A model generated the notes under the pieces. The model did no database searches. It was not told the origin of the DNA and worked only from the letters and a program-made list of their open reading frames with translations. Source: a virus (taxonomy: Duplodnaviria; Caudoviricetes). Taken from it: a stretch of DNA of 32,508 nt. Below, one piece after another: positions 1 through 10,500 of this stretch. The stretch lies in IMG/VR virus record IMGVR_UViG_3300032295_001260, positions 1 to 32,508 of that record, one strand, 5' to 3'. Within the stretch, counting starts at the first letter, position 1; each line of letters opens with the position of its first letter. The position numbers and the translations under genes were made by a program.

Positions 1-1
1 A

Positions 2-319
2 TTCGAAGCACCTACAAACCCTAAGTTTGTTGGTACATTAAACGGCGCAATGAGAGTTTTCGTTGACTCTTATGCTCCTGACACTACACCAGTATTGGTT
101 GGTTATAAGGGTTCATCTGAGACTGATGCGGCAGCATTCTATTGCCCATACATCCCATTGATGAGTTCTGGTGTTGTTCTAGATCCTTCTACATTCGAAC
201 CAGTCGTGTCATTCATGACTCGTTACGGTTATGTAGAATTGACTAACACAGCGTCCAGCTTCGGTAACGCGGCTGACTACGTTGGTGAGATCGCAGTTCA
301 AAACTTGACTTTCCAATAA
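2..319 (+). CDS. gp23: Major capsid protein, T4 gp23-like, C-terminal part (5' end lies outside the window)
   Basis: Frame is open from position 2 (FEAPTNPKFVGTLNGAMRVFVDSY). It contains the gp23-family C-terminal signature GYKGSSETDAAAFYCPYIPL...DPSTFEPVVSFMTRYG. TAA at 317-319. Confidence 0.93.
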   Translation, partial: FEAPTNPKFVGTLNGAMRVFVDSYAPDTTPVLVGYKGSSETDAAAFYCPYIPLMSSGVVLDPSTFEPVVSFMTRYGYVELTNTASSFGNAADYVGEIAVQNLTFQ

Positions 320-326
320 ATCGGAA

Positions 327-371
327 TCTTCTTGTTCGGGAGCACAGACTACGGTCTGTGTTACGGGAAGG
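327..371 (+). other. Extended stem-loop in the capsid 3' UTR with a cUACGg tetraloop
   Basis: Inner stem AGCACAGAC (341-349) / GTCTGTGTT (354-362) with loop TACG. Outer stem TCTTCTTGT (327-335) / ACGGGAAGG (363-371) pairs with G-U wobbles. TCGGG (336-340) is bulged. Confidence 0.7.
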
Positions 372-375
372 AATC

Positions 376-400
376 AAAGAGCACTTCGGTGCTCTTTTTT
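376..400 (+). terminator. Rho-independent terminator of the major capsid transcript
   Basis: AAAGAGCAC-TTCG-GTGCTCTTT followed by further Ts: a perfect 9-bp stem, the cUUCGg tetraloop typical of T4-like phages, and a U-tract. Confidence 0.92.
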
Positions 401-406
401 ATTGGG

Positions 407-414
407 CATAAATA
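407..414 (+). promoter_or_regulatory. Putative T4-like late promoter (CATAAATA)
   Basis: Matches the T4/cyanomyophage late consensus (T)ATAAATA. It sits right after the terminator and 4 nt before the ATG at 419. Confidence 0.65.
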
Positions 415-418
415 TCTA

Positions 419-1123
419 ATGACTGCATTATTATATACCTTAATAGTCACACACATCACTATAGTATGTGTTACTCTATTCTTACATAGAGGACAAGCAC
501 ACAAAGCAATAATCTTTAATCCTGTATTAGAGCACTTTATGAGATTTTGGCTTTGGTTAACTACCGGCATGATTACAAAGCAATGGGTAGCTATTCATCG
601 TAAGCATCATAGATTTAGTGACCTTACTGGTGATCCACATAGCCCTCACGTATACGGGATACATCGAGTATTATTTAAAGGAGCAATGTTATATCATGAC
701 GCAAGCAAAGATAAAGATATGGTTAATACATATGGTGTTGGCACTCCTTCTGATTGGGTGGAGCACAACATATACACTAATCACAGTAGACTTGGCATTG
801 GCATTCTCTTTTTGTTCAACATAATAGTGTTTGGTTGGATAGGCGTATTGATCTGGTTGATACAAATGATTTGGATACCATTTTGGGCAGCCGGCGTAAT
901 TAACGGAGTAGGACATTGGATAGGATATCGCAATGGAGTTACTAAAGATCATAGTCATAATATTAGCCCTTGGGGGATTATAATCGGCGGAGAAGAATTA
1001 CACAACAACCATCATTTAGAGCCCGCAAATCCTAAGCTAAGTAGAAAATGGTTTGAGTTTGACATAGGCTGGATGTGGTTATCAATTTTTAAATTTGTAA
1101 AACTAGCAAATGTAAAGTCATAA
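419..1123 (+). CDS. desA: Membrane fatty acid (delta-9 acyl-lipid/acyl-CoA) desaturase, DesA/OLE1-like
   Basis: Three His boxes: HRGQAH, HRKHH (followed by DPHSP) and GEELHNNHH. Also hydrophobic segments and the KWFEFDIGW motif. Start moved to ATG 419 because the TTG at 332 runs through the terminator. Confidence 0.92.
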   Translation: MTALLYTLIVTHITIVCVTLFLHRGQAHKAIIFNPVLEHFMRFWLWLTTGMITKQWVAIHRKHHRFSDLTGDPHSPHVYGIHRVLFKGAMLYHDASKDKDMVNTYGVGTPSDWVEHNIYTNHSRLGIGILFLFNIIVFGWIGVLIWLIQMIWIPFWAAGVINGVGHWIGYRNGVTKDHSHNISPWGIIIGGEELHNNHHLEPANPKLSRKWFEFDIGWMWLSIFKFVKLANVKS

Positions 1124-1483
1124 TCTGTAGTCAGTATCTATGGTTATATCTAGTAGTGATTTTTTCTTCTCACGTAATTTCTTTTGATACAACCTATTAC
1201 AATTAGCGCATAGTGTTTGAATGTTAGACTTGACTTTATTATTTTTGTCACCATCTTTATATACAATGTCTAGCTGACATTTATCTTGCGGAACAAACCC
1301 GCACTTATCACACTTTGTTTTCTTGTTTAGACGATGACCAAACTTTTGATTGTATATCGCAGTAGCGCACGTAGAACAATACTTGTGCCACTTTTGAAAG
1401 CCGTGCTTACTAGTGCCGTTTGGCTTTGTTAGTGCATTTTTACAGTTAATGCACATTGGTCTATACGGTTGTCTTGTTAACAT
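1118..1483 (-). CDS. Zinc-binding HNH-fold protein, probably catalytically degenerate
   Basis: CxxC pairs (CINC, CSTC, CDKC, CANC) and HNH-like segment QLDIVYKDGDKNNKVKSNIQTLCANCNR. It is the only credible minus-strand gene and overlaps the desA stop by 6 nt. Confidence 0.75.
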   Translation of the reverse strand: MLTRQPYRPMCINCKNALTKPNGTSKHGFQKWHKYCSTCATAIYNQKFGHRLNKKTKCDKCGFVPQDKCQLDIVYKDGDKNNKVKSNIQTLCANCNRLYQKKLREKKKSLLDITIDTDYRL

Positions 1484-1517
1484 AAAAAAGATATCCAGGT
1501 TGACTTATTTCTAATGT

Positions 1518-1525
1518 TTATTTAA
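1518..1525 (-). promoter_or_regulatory. Possible divergent late promoter (TTAAATA on the - strand) for the HNH-like gene
   Basis: TATTTA at 1519-1524 reads TAAATA on the minus strand, about 35 nt upstream of the 1483 start. AT-rich context lowers specificity. Confidence 0.35.
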
Positions 1526-1533
1526 CAACTCAA

Positions 1534-1541
1534 GATAAATA
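1534..1541 (+). promoter_or_regulatory. Putative late promoter (GATAAATA) for the giant fibre gene
   Basis: Intergenic ATAAATA 30 nt before ATG 1571, followed by the SD-like AGGA at 1561-1564. Confidence 0.65.
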
Positions 1542-1570
1542 TATTATTGAGACATATTTTAGGATAAAAC

Positions 1571-4500
1571 ATGGCAGCAGAACCGTTTAACTCTCTGGGT
1601 GGCTTTAGTACAGGCATACCCGCAAACACCGTAATCGATGCTAATGGCAACGTTGTTACCAACGTTATGGTACCTACCGGTAACGTTGTAGCTAATACAA
1701 TTTCAGCAAACAGCTTGACATTATCAGGTAACATTAATTTAGGTGATGCAAATAACGTAACAATATTAGGCGGTCAAAATGGTTATTTCCTACAAACTGA
1801 TGGTACAGGTAACTTAACTTGGGCTGCCACTGGAAACGGCGGAGGCAGTAACGCAACTCCAGCGGGGTCTAATACACAAGTACAGTTCAATGACGCCGGC
1901 AGTTTTGGTGCTGATGCAGGATTCACTTACAACAAAAATACCAATACACTAACAGCAGAATTTGTAGTTGCTAGTGCAAACATTACTGCTAACATAGTTT
2001 CTGCAAACTATCTATATGGTGATGGTAGTAATATTACAGGTATAACAGGACTTTCAGGTACTAGTGGTTACAGTGGTAGATCAGGTTGGTCTGGATTCTC
2101 CGGTACAAGTGGCACTAGTGGTCAACAAGGTACTTCGGGCTTTAGTGGCACAACTGGTATCAGTGGATTTAGTGGTAGATCAGGTTTCTCAGGTACTACA
2201 GGTCTTAGTGGTATTTCGGGACATTCAGGTAAATCAGGTTTTAGTGGCTCAGGCATAAGTGGTTGGAGTGGTATCAGTGGTTTCTCCGGACAACTAGGTT
2301 TAAGTGGTGTATCCGGTGTAAGTGGTTTTAGTGGATCGGGTATAAGCGGATTTACAGGAATATCAGGTATAAGTGGATATTCTGGTACTTCAGGTACATC
2401 AGGTATCAGTGGATTTACTGGTACAAGTGGCACGTCAGGTGTTAGTGGATTTAGCGGTACTTCAGGTATCAGTGGATTTAGTGGTACATCAGGTATCAGT
2501 GGATTTAGTGGAACATCGGGTATAAGTGGATTTAGTGGTACATCAGGTATCAGTGGATTTAGTGGTACATCAGGTATCAGTGGATTTAGCGGTACATCAG
2601 GTACTAGCGGTTGGTCAGGAACTAGTGGTTGGTCAGGTACAACTGGTATATCAGGATATAGCGGTGCAACCGGTCTTAGTGGATACTCAGGAACTTCAGG
2701 TGTATCTGGTTCAGGGGTAAGTGGTTTCTCAGGAACGTCAGGATTCAGTGGTACAACAGGTATCAGTGGATTTTCAGGTAGAGGTATTAATATTGCAGGT
2801 AGTGTAGCTAACTATACTTTTCTTCCTAACGGAGCACCCGCCGGAACATTGTACATCGTTCAAAATGCAGGTGGCGGATATAGTGCAGGCGATGGTGCAG
2901 TAAGTAATGGTGATAATACATGGACTAACATTGGAACTCTGCAAGGCCCGTCAGGTGTAAGTGGATTTAGTGGATCCGGTGTTTCGGGCTTCAGTGGTAT
3001 TAGTGGAGTATCAGGCATTAGTGGTTTCTCAGGTACAAGTGGTATATCAGGATTATCAGGAACCAGTGGTATAATAGGCACAACAGGTGTAAGTGGTTTC
3101 TCAGGTGATTCAGGCATCAGTGGTTTCTCAGGTAATTCAGGCATCAGTGGTTTCTCAGGTGCAACAGGAGTAAGTGGCTTTACCGGTACTAGTGGTGTAA
3201 GTGGTACAACTGGGTATTCAGGTACCAGTGGTTTTAGTGGTACATCAGGTATCAGCGGTACATCAGGTATCAGCGGTACATCAGGTACAACTGGTGTTAG
3301 TGGTTGGTCAGGTATTAGTGGTCAATCAGGAACTTCAGGATTTAGTGGAACTTCAGGTTGGTCAGGTGTTTCTGGCGCATCAGGTACATCAGGCATAAGT
3401 GGTACGTCAGGTATCAGTGGATTTAGTGGTACGTCAGGTTTCAGTGGTACTACTGGTATTAGTGGATTTAGTGGTACATCAGGCACATCAGGTGTCAGTG
3501 GTGAATCAGGCATCAGTGGATTTAGTGGCTCTGGTGTAAGTGGCTTTAGTGGTGAATCAGGCATCAGTGGATTTAGTGGCTCTGGTGTAAGTGGATTCTC
3601 CGGTACAAGTGGATTTAGTGGTACATCAGGCACATCAGGCATAAGTGGTACGTCAGGTATCAGTGGATTTAGTGGTACATCAGGCGAAAGTGGATTCTCC
3701 GGTACAAGTGGATTTAGTGGTACATCAGGCACATCAGGTATAAGTGGTTACTCTGGTATAAGCGGTACATCAGGTATAAGCGGTACATCAGGCGCCGGTG
3801 GTATCTCATCAACTATCTTTGAATACTTTGCAGACACAGGTGCTACATCAGGTGATCCAGGTAACGGTGATATATTATGGAATAACGCAACACAAACAAG
3901 TGCTACTCAAATCAATGTAAGTCATTTAACTAATGATGGTATTGACATTGATATTTATTTGGCACTATTAACACAAACTGAAGTTATAACATTACAAGAC
4001 AAAGCTAATAGTGCTAATTTCCAACGATGGGAAATCAATGGAACACCAACATCTGTGGCAAATCTTTACTGGACTGTTCCAGTAACATTATTAAGTTCAG
4101 GTGGAACTGGAACTACTGGTTTTAGTAATGGTGCTGAAATAATCTTAGCATTGGTACAAGGTGTAAGTGGTGCTAGTGGTGTAAGTGGTGCTAGTGGTGT
4201 AAGTGGTACATCAGGATTCAGCGGTGCTAGTGGCACTACCGGTATCAGTGGTTGGTCAGGTGCAAGTGGCACTACCGGTGTTAGTGGTACATCAGGTACA
4301 TCGGGTATATCAGGATTCTCTGGTACAACTGGTATATCAGGATTCTCTGGTACTAGTGGTATATCGGGCATAAGTGGATTCTCAGGAACTAGTGGCACAT
4401 CAGGCATAAGTGGTGCATCAGGTACAACTGGTGTTAGTGGATGGTCTGGTGCATCAGGAACATCAGGTGAAAGTGGTTTCTCAGGAACATCAGGTGAAAG

Positions 4501-7500
4501 TGGTTTCTCAGGAACATCAGGTATATCAGGTACTACAGGTATAAGTGGCTTCTCTGGTACAAGTGGTACTTCAGGTATCAGTGGCACAACCGGCATAAGT
4601 GGTGTCAGTGGATGGTCAGGAACTACCGGTGTGTCAGGAACATCAGGAACATCAGGTACTAGTGGTTGGTCTGGTATTAGTGGTACATCAGGTGTCAGTG
4701 GATATACAGGTGTTTCAGGTATTAGTGGTGAATCAGGTATAAGCGGTACATCAGGTATAAGCGGTACATCAGGCTTCAGTGGTGTTAGTGGTACTAGTGG
4801 AACTAGTGGTACATCAGGTACCTCAGGAGAATCAGGTGCTAGTGGTATTAGTGGATACACTGGTACATCAGGTATTAGTGGCTACTCTGGTAAGTCAATT
4901 AATATTGCAGGTAGCGTATTTGATTATTCGTATCTTCCTAACGGAACCCCTGCAGGAACATTGTACATCATTCAAAACACCGGCGGTGGTTATAATGCAG
5001 GTGACGGTGCAGTAAGTAATGGTGATAATACATGGACTAATATAGGACCGTTACAAGGACCATCAGGCTATTCAGGTGTTAGCGGTGCATCAGGTATAAG
5101 TGGCTTCTCAGGTGAATCAGGTATAAGTGGCTTTTCAGGTGCATCAGGTGCATCAGGCACAACAGGTGTAAGTGGTTTCTCAGGTACTTCAGGTATTAGT
5201 GGTACATCAGGTATCAGCGGCGAGAGTGGTATATCTGGTTACTCAGGTGAATCGGGCATCAGTGGATTCTCAGGTGAATCAGGTATCAGTGGATTCTCAG
5301 GTGCATCCGGTGCATCAGGTATCAGTGGCGAGAGTGGTATCAGTGGCTTCACCGGTATCAGTGGTTATTCAGGAATTAGTGGTACATCTGGTATATCAGG
5401 ATATACTGGAATATCAGGTATATCTGGCACAACAGGTATTAGTGGTTATAGTGGTACAACTGGTGTAAGCGGCTGGTCAGGTACTAGCGGTGATAGTGGT
5501 TACTCAGGCACAATAGGTATCAGTGGATGGTCAGGTATTAGTGGTCAATCAGGAACTTCAGGTACATCGGGTATAAGCGGTATATCAGGGTACACTGGCG
5601 TAAGTGGCTGGTCAGGTGTGAGCGGTACTAGCGGTACATCTGGTGCAAGTGGTACATCAGGCTGGTCTGGTACATCAGGCATAAGTGGTACATCAGGCAC
5701 ATCAGGTGAAAGTGGTTTCTCAGGTACATCAGGCACATCAGGTGTTAGTGGTTTCTCTGGTGCTAGTGGCGCAAGTGGTGCTAGTGGCGCAAGTGGTATT
5801 TCAGGTTGGTCAGGCATTAGTGGTACTAGTGGCACATCAGGTGAAAGTGGATATTCTGGTACTTCGGGAACTTCAGGTGTAAGCGGCGCTAGTGGCGCAT
5901 CCGGTACAAGCGGTACATCAGGATATACCGGTGTATCAGGTTGGTCGGGTATTAGTGGTACTAGTGGTACTAGCGGAGCAAGTGGCACAAGTGGTTGGTC
6001 AGGTCAATCAGGCACCACTGGTATTTCAGGTATTAGTGGTACAAGCGGCATTTCAGGAACTTCAGGATTAAGTGGTTACTCAGGTGAACCGGGTGACCAC
6101 TATGCTACTACAAGCTCAACATCATTGACTATAAGCACAGGAACAAAAACACTAGTTGTAGATACAGGATTAGCGTATACTGTAGGGCAAGACATTGTTT
6201 TAGCTTTTAATTCTACTAATACAATGAACGGTCCTATTCTTAGCTATAATAAGAATACAGGTGACTTGTCTGTTAATATTATTGAAACTGCAGGATCAGG
6301 AACATATACATCATGGGCTATAAACTTAGATGGAGCTATTGGCCCACAAGGTTTTTCAGGTGCATCAGGCACAACAGGCGTAAGTGGTTTCTCAGGTACT
6401 TCAGGTATTAGTGGTACATCGGGCATTAGCGGTACATCAGGTGTTAGCGGTTGGAGCGGCACAACAGGTGTAAGTGGTACTAGTGGTGTATCAGGTACAA
6501 GTGGTTGGTCAGGTATTAGTGGTATATCAGGTACATCAGGTTTTAGTGGCTTGTCAGGTGAATCAGGTATATCAGGATGGTCTGGTACTAGTGGTACAAG
6601 TGGTGCATCAGGATGGTCTGGTGCAAGTGGTACTAGTGGTTGGTCTGGTACATCAGGTATTAGTGGAACATCAGGCGTAAGTGGTTTCTCAGGTACATCA
6701 GGCACATCAGGCATCAGTGGATTCAGTGGCACATCAGGAACATCAGGTACATCAGGAACATCAGGTGTTAGTGGTTATACCGGTGTATCAGGATGGACAG
6801 GCGTAAGCGGTACATCAGGTACATCTGGTGCAAGTGGTACTTCAGGTTGGTCTGGTACATCAGGTATAAGTGGTACTAGTGGTACATCAGGTACAAGTGG
6901 TACATCAGGTACTAGCGGTTGGTCAGGACAGAGTGGTACAAGTGGTACTTCAGGTGCCACTGGTGTTAGTGGTTGGTCAGGACAGAGTGGTACGAGTGGT
7001 ACATCAGGATGGTCTGGTGCGAGTGGTATAAGTGGAGCAAGCGGTACATCAGGTACTTCAGGTGTGAGTGGTTTCAGTGGTACATCAGGAACATCAGGTA
7101 CATCAGGTATCAGTGGATTTAGTGGCACATCAGGTATTAGTGGTACAACAGGTGTTAGTGGTTTCAGTGGCACTACAGGTGTCAGTGGATTCAGTGGTAC
7201 ATCAGGTTGGTCAGGTTTCTCTGGTACTAGTGGTTACTCAGGTCAAGACGGTGGTATGTTGACACCAAGTACTTACTTAGCTGTTGGTAAACTTGCAGGC
7301 GATCAAACTATTACAACGAATGCAGACATTATAATTGATTTCGTTGATGATGTTGATCCTAAAGGATGGTGGAACGCTTCTACAAAACGATTTACACCAA
7401 ACGTAGCAGGATATTATAGCGTATCTATATTTGTATTGTTTGGCGCAGGCGCGGTGACTAATAACCAATACAATACACAAATTCGTATAAATGGTAATCA

Positions 7501-10500
7501 AGTTGCTATTTTTCAAAATCAAATTACTACCTCAATTGGCTTATCACAGGGCGGCACAAAAACAGTTTACCTAAATGGTACTACTGATTATGTAGACTTT
7601 ACTGCGTTTAACGGAAATTCAGGTAGCGTAGTCCTTTCTTCAGGTAACGCAACTACTTTCTCTATCAACTTGCTTGCATATGGTGAGTCAGGTACATCAG
7701 GCTTCAGTGGATTCAGTGGTATATCAGGTACAACAGGTGTAAGTGGATTCTCTGGTACAAGTGGCACTAGTGGCACTAGTGGCACTAGTGGCTGGTCAGG
7801 TACGTCAGGTACTTCAGGGTGGAGTGGTACTTCAGGCACGTCAGGTGTCAGTGGTTTCTCAGGTACAACGGGTATTAGTGGTTTCTCGGGAACTTCAGGT
7901 ACAACTGGTAGAAGTGGCTTCAGTGGTACAACCGGTATAAGTGGATTTAGCGGTACATCGGGATTTAGCGGCACAAGCGGCACAAGTGGTTTCTCAGGAA
8001 CTTCAGGTACATCAGGAGTAAGTGGCTTCTCAGGAACTACCGGTGTATCAGGATTCAGTGGTACGTCAGGCACATCAGGAACTACCGGTGTATCAGGATT
8101 CAGTGGCACATCGGGTGCATCAGGTGCTAGTGGTATATCAGGTGTTTCAGGTAATGCCGGTATCTCATCAACTATCTTTGAATACTTTGCAGATACTGGT
8201 GCTACATCAGGTGATCCTGGTAATGGCGATATCTTATGGAATAATGCAACACAAATAAGTGCTACTCAACTCAATATAAGCGATAAAACTAATGATGGTA
8301 TTGACATTGATATCTATCTAGCATTATTGACACAAACCGAAGTAATAACATTACAAGATAAAGCTAATCATACTAATTTCCAACGTTGGGAAATCAGTGG
8401 AACACCAACATCAGTAAGCACTTATTGGACGTTCCCGGTAACATTATTAGCTTCAGGTGGAAATGGAACAACTAATTTTACTAATGGTACTGAACTAATT
8501 CTTGCATTGGTACAGGGTGTTTCGGGTGTAAGCGGTACTAGTGGTAGATCAGGTTGGTCTGGTACTAGTGGTATATCAGGTACATCGGGTATTAGTGGAA
8601 CAACAGGTATCAGTGGATTTAGTGGCACTAGTGGCACATCAGGTATTAGTGGAACAACAGGTGTTAGTGGATTTAGTGGCACATCAGGCATTAGTGGAAC
8701 AACCGGCGTAAGTGGTTGGTCAGGTGCAAGTGGTACAACTGGTGTTAGTGGTTGGTCAGGTGCAAGTGGTACAACTGGTGTTAGTGGTACTAGTGGTATA
8801 TCAGGCTTTAGTGGAACAAGTGGCACAACAGGTGTAAGTGGCTGGTCTGGTGCAAGTGGTACAACAGGTATCAGTGGATTCTCAGGCACAACTGGTGTCA
8901 GTGGTTTCTCAGGTACTACAGGTATCTCTGGTACTACAGGTGTTAGTGGTTTTAGTGGCACTACAGGTGTAAGTGGATTTAGCGGTAGATCAGGTTGGTC
9001 AGGTGTGTCGGGATGGTCAGGCACATCAGGCATCAGTGGATACTCAGGCACATCAGGCATTAGTGGGTTCAGTGGTACATCAGGTACAAGCGGTATATCA
9101 GGAACAACTGGTATCAGCGGTTACTCAGGTACTACTGGTGTATCTGGTTGGAGCGGCACAACGGGTGTAAGTGGCACATCAGGTGTCTCCGGTACATCAG
9201 GTGTCAGTGGATGGACAGGTACATCAGGTACAACTGGTGTAAGTGGTTTCTCAGGAACATCTGGTGTTAGTGGATGGTCAGGTACAACTGGTGTAAGTGG
9301 TACATCAGGAACATCGGGTGTCTCGGGTTGGTCTGGTGCAAGTGGTACTACAGGCGTAAGTGGATGGAGTGGCACAAGTGGTATATCAGGTACTACTGGT
9401 ATTAGTGGCTTCTCAGGTACTTCAGGCACAACAGGCGTTAGTGGCTTCTCCGGTGCAAGTGGTACAACTGGTGTTAGTGGATGGTCCGGTGCATCAGGTA
9501 CAACAGGTATCAGTGGTACAAGTGGCTGGTCTGGTGCAAGTGGTACAACAGGTATCAGTGGATTCTCAGGTACATCAGGAACATCTGGCGTAAGTGGATT
9601 CAGTGGCACATCAGGCATTAGTGGAACAAGTGGTTGGTCTGGTGCTAGTGGCGCAACCGGCGTAAGCGGTTTTAGTGGCACTTCAGGTATAAGTGGTACA
9701 ACTGGTATAAGTGGTACAACAGGTGTTAGTGGATTCTCAGGTACATCAGGAACATCTGGCGTTAGTGGATGGTCCGGTACAACTGGTATATCAGGTACAA
9801 CAGGTGTAAGTGGATTCAGTGGTACAACTGGTATATCAGGTACAACAGGTGTAAGTGGATTCAGTGGTACATCAGGCACAACAGGTGTTAGTGGATTCAG
9901 TGGCACATCAGGAACATCAGGCGTTAGCGGTTTCTCAGGAAGATCAGGATTCAGTGGTACATCAGGATTCAGTGGTACATCAGGAACATCTGGTTGGTCA
10001 GGCACAACAGGTGTGTCAGGTTGGTCAGGTACAACTGGTGTTAGCGGTACGTCAGGCACATCAGGCACATCAGGTTGGTCTGGTGTAAGTGGTATATCCG
10101 GTACAACTGGAGTAAGTGGATTCTCAGGTGCTACAGGTGTAAGCGGTAGATCAGGATTTAGTGGTGTTTCTGGTTGGTCTGGTACTAGCGGTACATCAGG
10201 TCAAGCAGGACCTAGTACAGCAATCAATGCTACGCAAGATACATCAACTACTGCATTGTATCCTGTTATGGTTGGTGCTACTGGTTCTAATCAAACACCT
10301 AAAGCAACTACAACTAAGTTTGCGTTTAATGCAAGTACAGGTACATTGACTTTAGGCACAGGTACTGGTGGTAATATTACTGGTGCTAACGTCATTTCTG
10401 CTAGTTATTTTGACTTTGGAACAACAGACGCTATTACAGCGGCAGGTTCTACTCAAGGTACTGCTACGGTAATAGTAACAGCTATTAACAATGTAACAAC

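Larger units (their letters stand above)
2041..10210 (+). repeat. Coding 9-bp-period repeat (GGT-NNN-TCA/AGT) encoding (Gly-X-Ser/Thr)n in seven blocks
   Basis: Approximate blocks: 2041-2781, 2950-3798, 4160-4890, 5060-6090, 6345-7250, 7681-8158, 8516-10210. X is mostly T, I, V, F, W, Y, A or E. Confidence 0.95.

Noticed and set aside
327-400. tRNA gene after the capsid gene
   Set aside because: There are two independent hairpins but no cloverleaf, no T-loop GTTCRA in the right context and no acceptor stem.
332-418. 29-aa N-terminal extension of the desaturase from TTG 332
   Set aside because: It runs through both hairpins and the terminator U-tract. The family-like sequence begins at ATG 419.
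1500-1530. Sigma70 promoter starting at TTGACT (1500-1505)
   Set aside because: There is no convincing -10 at 16-18 nt spacing, and the ATAAATA late motif explains the region better.
2782-8516. Duplicated modules as the template/variable repeats of a diversity-generating retroelement
   Set aside because: Both copies are in-frame parts of the same protein, the differences are not confined to adenines, and no reverse transcriptase is in the window.
2122-10068. Many long minus-strand Pro-rich ORFs (P-x-x repeats, up to 315 aa)
   Set aside because: They are shadows of the Gly-X-Ser repeat, because a fixed GG every 9 nt reads as CCN on the reverse strand. They have no SD or promoter support and mostly end at module borders.
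2041-10210. Possible CRISPR array or non-coding satellite
   Set aside because: There is no constant repeat with unique spacers. Variation is codon-structured, the region is one open frame, and no cas genes are present.
2064-10349. Short plus-strand alternative-frame ORFs rich in V, Q, L and H
   Set aside because: These are out-of-frame readings of the same repeat. The main frame is uninterrupted, so there is no need to invoke frameshifting.
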